A stretch of 64,000 bases of DNA, taken from Heteronotia binoei. Taxonomy: Eukaryota. Position 1 is the stretch's first letter; each line of letters opens with the position of its first letter. Location of the stretch: the NCBI RefSeq assembly GCF_032191835.1, contig NC_083225.1, positions 99,138,001 through 99,202,000 of the forward strand, read 5' to 3'. Below, piece by piece: positions 57,991-64,000 of the stretch. The position numbers and the translations under genes are program-made. Below the pieces are notes generated by a model that was given only the letters and a program-made list of their open reading frames with translations, was not told the origin of the DNA and ran no database searches.

Positions 57991-60715
57991 GAAATAAAAA
58001 AGCCTACCATCGCACAAAACCTGAGCTTCCAGTATTCAGCTGAAAAGTGTCATTGTCCATGTATAAAGAGGGTCATTTCTATGTCTATATGGCAAACCTT
58101 TGAACTGGAAATTAGTGAAAACAGTTCCGTTTTATACCTGAAGTAATTAAGATGACTGTCCCTCCACAGGCACCTATCAATCAAGTGACGCTCCTGAAAT
58201 TGAGCTACTATATCCTGGCAACCAGTCATTGAATATTATAGTCAGTGTTCTGAAGTTACCTGGAAATAAGGTGACTGGTGGCTGTGACTGTACAAACTCC
58301 CACCCTTTGAAATTGGAGGAAAGATTCCCATCCCTTTGCCCCCAAGTTCCTGTCCCCATTCCTAGAAGCCTGAGAGAGATACACTTTCAGATCAAAAGTT
58401 GCCACTACTTTGTATCAACCTTGCATAACCTTTCCCCATTAATTTAACTCTAAACAAACCAAAACAGTCTTCTGAATGTTCTGTAAATACTGAAGTCCTA
58501 AATACTGAGAGTGATTATGAGCAAGACAAACTGTATCTGTTGAACTGCTAATAAGTGGATTTGCATATGCAATCAAAATACAGTTCAACACAACATTCAG
58601 TCAGATCATTATGTGCTCCCAGTCTTTCACCATGGCCTGAAGCCAGATTACATGGAATCTTGCTGATCCTAAGCACGTGTGGGTCTCTCACTTTGGCATT
58701 GACCAAGCTACCTAAGTAAGGTATCACCCATGCACATCACCTTGATTTCCCTGGATGAAAGACAGGACTCAAATATAACAAAATAAGCAATAAGCAATAC
58801 AGTTCGCAGTGTGATTGAGCCATGAAATGTACATAATACTTTTATATTCCAGTGATTATTTAATTTGTGTGATTCAACTATATTAACTTCAAAATTGGTA
58901 ATTCATTAACGCAAAACTGGTAATTCACTGAAAATAAGTTTTAACACCTAAAATGTTAAGTGAGTTTCTCTCTTACATTTAACTTGGTTGCTTAAATAAT
59001 AACAAACATATTCAATAACCAACCTGTATTTAAATTTACCAGAGCAGAATATCTATCTAAATATAAAACAGTAGCAAATGTTTTATCACATTATGTGTAG
59101 ATAATTCAAGACAGCTTCATTCTCAATCAGTTAACTGAATTTACTCCAGTACTGTTATCCATACTTACCTAAACCAGCTTTGCTTATTATCTATGGCATG
59201 GATGCATCAGGCCTTACTGCAAACAGGCAGGGCCTACAGCTGTAGGTGCAGTCTTACCTATCTCAAACAAACTCCACTCACACCATTAAATGTAACAGCC
59301 TCAGGTGATGCTTGGCATACCCACAACATAGATATTGTCACCAATATAAATGGCAAGTTTCTATTTGTAAAACATCAGATGCTTTTTACATTTCTGATGT
59401 TGTACAGACTTGGATCACACCAGCACTGTTACTGATACATGCTTCCAGCTCTTTTTTTTTTTGCTTGTGTGTGGGGGCTTTGGTGTTATCTGATGCAATT
59501 TTAATTTTTAATTGTTTTGTACTGATTATTTGCTGGAAGCTGATTCAAATGTAGTTAGAAGAGGGTATAATTTTTTTAAACAAGAAAGTAAAAATGAACT
59601 AATAAAGCCTTTTTCTCCCTGTATTAAGATACACATAGCTTTAAAAATGGTTGCAGGCTAAATTTTCTCTCATTTCTATGCTATTACAGCTTCCCACTCT
59701 GAAACATCATCATTCCCTCTTCATTCAGTAGAGTACAGAGATGTAAAATTTCCAGAAATGTTGAAGCTGGGTAGTCTTTTGTCCTTGAAGGACCTGCCCC
59801 CCCCCAAAAAAAAAGTTTGTAAAGCTGAAGCAAATGCAACACTGTCCTATTAAACTTATTTTACTTGAAAAACATAAAATGCATATTTAGTGTATAAAAG
59901 GTGTACCATTGTGCTTATTTATGGAATATTAAAGTATAAATGTCTATATTTTCTACAAGAAAAATTGTAAGTATACCCATTACTTGTGCTGTCATAGCAT
60001 ATGTATCTTTCATTTCTTCCATCTGAGATATTGGTGAGGGGAAGGTTAAAGATAGACAATAAATTATATAATTAACAAAAGAAAGTATATTATTTGGGCA
60101 GAATCTCTCTCATAGAGTGACAGTAGGTAAAATAACCAGCAGATTTTGATATTAAGCTGAACTTTCACCCTGAAACCACTGAATTCTTTATTTCTATCCT
60201 GCCCTCATCTGCAAGGGGGCTCAGGGCAGGTCACAACAGAAATATAAACAGTAAAACCACATCATAAAACCATGGACAACTGAACCCAATTTTAAAACAG
60301 ATGGCAAGTCAGTAATAATCCATTGTGCTACTTGCACTGAAGGGTAGGTGGGCAGAGACATCAGTAATCCAGCTATTACTAATGGAAACTATTGCCCTCT
60401 ACATCACTGAATGAATATGAGGTCAGTTTGCACACTAGGGGCCAGTAGGAGCAGTTAGCCGAAAGTATTATTAAATATATTGTAGCATATTAATTGTTGC
60501 CAAAATTTATATTTAAACAAAAAAATCTTTAAAATGTTGTATATGTCTACAGTATACTTTTCCCCCCAGTGATCCCCTGAATATCTGTTTTCTTTTGGAA
60601 AAACTGTGAAAGTCCTCAGATTTTTTTCCTTGTTGTACTTTCAGTTAGGCTGCAATTTAATTGTGCTAGGAAACAAACTGGCAGCCTGGTGTTACCAAGG
60701 CATGTTATTCTAGAG

Positions 60716-60984
60716 CAGGGATGGCCAAACTGTTGCTTGGGAGCCACCTGTGGCTCTTTCACATATATTGTGTGGCTCTCAAAGTCCCCATCACACTGTT
60801 GGCCAGCTTGGAGAATGCATTTAAAGTTAAAGTTGTTTCTTTCCATCTCTCCCTCCCCACCTATTTTCTTTCCTTCCTTCTTGTCTTGTGGTTCTCAAAT
60901 GTCTGATGTTCATGTCTTATGGCTCTCAAACATCTGACATTTATTCTATGTGGCTTTTGCGTTAAGCAAATTTGGCAACCCCTG
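60716..60984. mobile_element. 269-bp hAT MITE
   Basis: TIR cagggatggccaaac / aaatttggcaacccctg; perfect 8-bp TSD ttctagag. Confidence 0.85.
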
Positions 60985-62186
60985 TTCTAGAGTATGAGAT
61001 TTTTGTTGGAGAAAGGAAGAATTTATGAAGGTTTTATCTTTCCCCATAAGTGATTCCGTTTTGGGAGCCCACAAAAATTCTCCAAAACAACAATGAAATA
61101 AGGTAGTTTTATACTGCTACATTTTAAAGAAATTCAATCAATTGTCTGGGCCAAAGAAAATACTCTCACAGATAAATTATTCCATATTTCCCAAACTTTG
61201 AGTTTTTGAAAGGTTCATGTAAAAACTACTGTTATAAACCATCTGAAGGCTGTATGTCAACTCCAATGTCACTAAGTGCTTTTTTATGCCATCCCCTACA
61301 AATATTAATGAAAGGAGGGCATGCAGATGTGAGTGAATCCTAGAACTTGCCACATTTAATTTATTTAAAGTACAAGAAGTGGAGGAAATGTTGGGGAACA
61401 CCTCTCCAGTTATAACATCTAGTAGAGTATCTGTCTCCTTCCTGTCTGCAAGTAATGAAAGTCTGGGTGTGGCCAGAGGTACAAACCTATGACAAACAGA
61501 TCACAGACACAAGCCACCTAGGATAAGCATGGACTGAATATTGTTTAATCTGGACATTTCTGTAAATTGTTTTCAGTCTCTTTGGGGAGCAAAGTGGAAC
61601 AGAAATGGCTGTATAAACAAACTAATCAGTCTGGTCCAAATTTTTTCACTTCTCTATTCCTGCCCAAAATCCTAATATTTCTCCATCATTTTTGGAAAAG
61701 CACAAAAAAACATGAACAGGGCCAGCACTGGAAGTTCTGCGCCCTCCTGGGCAGAGCCCTGCCCCTGACTTCCAGGCCTAGGAAGGCTGAGCAGGGTCGG
61801 GGCAGCAACAGGTGTGCTCGGAGCCAGGCTCTGAGCATGCTTGCTGCTGAGGCACCCTGCCAACCCCGCTCAGCCTTCCTGGGTCCCAGGAAGGCTGAGT
61901 GGGGTCAGTGCAGCAGTGGGTGTGCTCAAAGGCTGGCCCGGGATCCAGGAAGGCTGGGCGGGCCTGGGGAGGGGGGGAGAAAGCAGCTGGTCAGCACCTG
62001 CCCTTAGCAGACTCCAAGGAGCACATTGTGCAGGCGCTGCCCTGCCGCTTTTGAGTTCCCAAAAGTGGCCGGGTGTGCCTGCGTAGGGTGCTCCTCTGAA
62101 TGCATGTGCGCTCCACGGAGCCTGGCTCTGAGCACACATGACACGTGTGGGGAGAGGGAGTGCCTGGTGGCACCCCTGTAGGCCAG

Positions 62187-62455
62187 GTGATGATATTGGG
62201 TTTATACCCCACCCTCCACTCTCAAGAGTCTCAGAGCAGCTTACAACCTGCTTTATCTTCCTTTCCCACAATAAACACCCTGTGAGGTAGGTGGGGCTGA
62301 AAGAGCTCTCACAGCAGCTGCCCTTTCCAGGACAACTCAGTGGGAGCTATGGCTGACCCAAGGCCATTCCAGCAGCTGCAGATAAAGGACTGGGGAATCA
62401 AACCTGGTTCTCTCAGATAAGAATCCATGCACTTAACCACTACACCAAACTGGCT
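62187..62455 (-). mobile_element. Squam3-type SINE
   Basis: Highly similar to 27889-28164. Confidence 0.8.
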
Positions 62456-63179
62456 TTCTGGAGTAGGCTGCCAACTTGGCCTACTCCCACATGCTGGCCA
62501 TTAATATGAATTTGTGACAGTGCTCATGGACACTCATTCACCAGAACATCCTGTTAATTTTATAGTAATTTTTTTAAAAAAAGAAACTAAAGCTGGCTAA
62601 TTAACATCTCTAATTCAAATCCCATCTCAGAAGTCCCTCCTTCACCAGTGTTTTTTTGGAAAACCTCTATCTAAATTTGTCAAAAAGAGAAGAGAACAGG
62701 GAGGGAAGCAGAATAAGACAAATTCTATATTTAATAATATAAAAGCGACTACAACTCCCCTGCCTGCAATTCTTATAGGTAGTATGCATGTGCACACAAT
62801 AATTTCTTCTAAGAAACTGAAGGACAAAACTGAAATGAAGTGTGACAAGGGTGCTGGTCTGACCACACACTAAGAAGATTAAGAGAATTAGAAAACATGC
62901 AACAGATGGACTGATGTCAGTAAAGGAGATTGGATTTTGCTGATTTGATTCCCAGATCTACTATGCTGGTGTACATTTCAAGAGGTGTATATCTCAGAAT
63001 ATTTCTAGTATCTATAGTTCAGAGGTAAGAAGGCAGCTACATCTGATTTAATTCTAAAGGAGGAATAGATCTTACTGCACTTAGCAGAAGTGCTTAAGGC
63101 ATGACATACCACAATGCAAAAAGTGTGTTACAAAGGCAAAGCAGTGAAATAAAATTGTAAAAGACTACAGTACTATTTT

Positions 63180-64000
63180 TTATCAAAGCGACCTCCTGAG
63201 TTCTGTTTTGCATATTCAGAGAAGGTGTGTAAACAGGTAGCTGCCAATGTTAACCATTTGCAGGGTGGCACCTTCAGAAGATTTTTGCTCAGACAAGTGA
63301 AGATGTTGTGACATAGTTAGCACGATACACAGGTATGTAGGTCCAAGGCCATGAAGGGCTCTGTAGGTGATAACCAGAACCTTGAGCTAATTGGTAAACA
63401 ATGAAGTAATTGCAGAATGGGTGTGACATGCACATTCTGCCCAATGCCACATGGTACATCACAACAATGAACACACAGTGTAAACACTGATGTTACAAAA
63501 CAACTGTGTACAATAAACAACAAGCAATGAAGCACACTGTCCTTCAAGACCTCAGCCTTCTCAGCTAACATTACCTCTGATTTATCAGGATTTAGTTTCA
63601 TTTTTTTTCACCTTTTGCCATTTAACTAAAGCAGTACAGCACAGGTTCAGGACCTCTACAGCATCACGGGACAATTTGGATAAACAAATATTAAGATGGA
63701 TGTCATCAGCATATTGATGGTAGCACACTGCAAAATCATTGATGATTTCCTATTATAAGGTCTTTACACAGTGGCTGAGTAGCATGGAGGACAGGACTGA
63801 GCCTTGGAGAATCCCACAAGGCAATCCCATGCTGATGATAGCTGGTCTCCGATAGTAACCTTCTGAGTTCAGCCTATAACAAACTAATATGAAACCAATC
63901 TGAAGCATATCCTTTCTGTCGCCAAACATACCAGCAATGTATGGACATTGTCAAAGGTTGCTGATAAATCTAGAAAGAGCAACAAAGAAGTAGAGTCCTC
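63180..64000 (-). mobile_element. Degenerate L2-type LINE fragment running off the window
   Basis: LLFLDLSATFDNVH, KLNPDKSEVM, LHCLP remnants. Confidence 0.75.

Noticed and set aside
59161-59175. TTTAG|GTAAGTAT on minus strand as a recursive splice site
   Set aside because: No polypyrimidine tract upstream; such motifs occur by chance in large introns.
61715-62180. GC-rich segment with 130-146 aa ORFs
   Set aside because: Looks like MITE interior next to a SINE; no TIR/TSD pair or protein motif could be confirmed.
45000-64000. Search for the DOP1B start-codon exon (MDPEEQELL...GKLNK)
   Set aside because: Not found by eye on the minus strand; presumed beyond 64000.
1-64000. CRISPR arrays, prokaryotic defence systems, non-retroviral endogenous viral elements
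   Set aside because: No repeat-spacer arrays, operons or non-retroviral viral motifs seen; all long ORFs are explained by DOP1B or retroelements.

Overview
Vertebrate genomic DNA, most likely from a gecko (squamate), judged by Sauria SINE, gecko-type Squam3 SINEs and reptile CR1/L2 LINEs. The only host gene is DOP1B (DOPEY2) on the minus strand. I traced 15 consecutive coding exons (44974 down to 622; 2744 nt, about 914 codons), all with GT-AG introns and matching phases. The ATG-bearing exon and the 3' half of the gene lie outside the window. The introns are mostly transposable elements. The 15.3-kb intron (9407-24720) is a nested stack resolved by target-site duplications (TSDs): an old RTEX-like LINE holds a second RTEX-like copy, which holds a CR1, a MITE and a ~2.07-kb ORF1-only L1-like element, and that element holds a nearly intact 5.96-kb DIRS1-type tyrosine-recombinase retrotransposon. 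In that DIRS copy gag and pol are fused through a C13 homopolymer. Other notable items: a 258-bp palindromic Penelope-derived element with a minimal hammerhead-ribozyme motif on each strand; a hAT element with CpG-rich cargo inside a solo LTR; three 5S-rRNA-derived SINEs; and a 5'-deleted HERV-I/ERV3-like provirus with env. No prokaryotic features, CRISPR arrays, or intact tRNA/rRNA genes were seen. Family names come from motif recognition and recalled homologues, not database searches.
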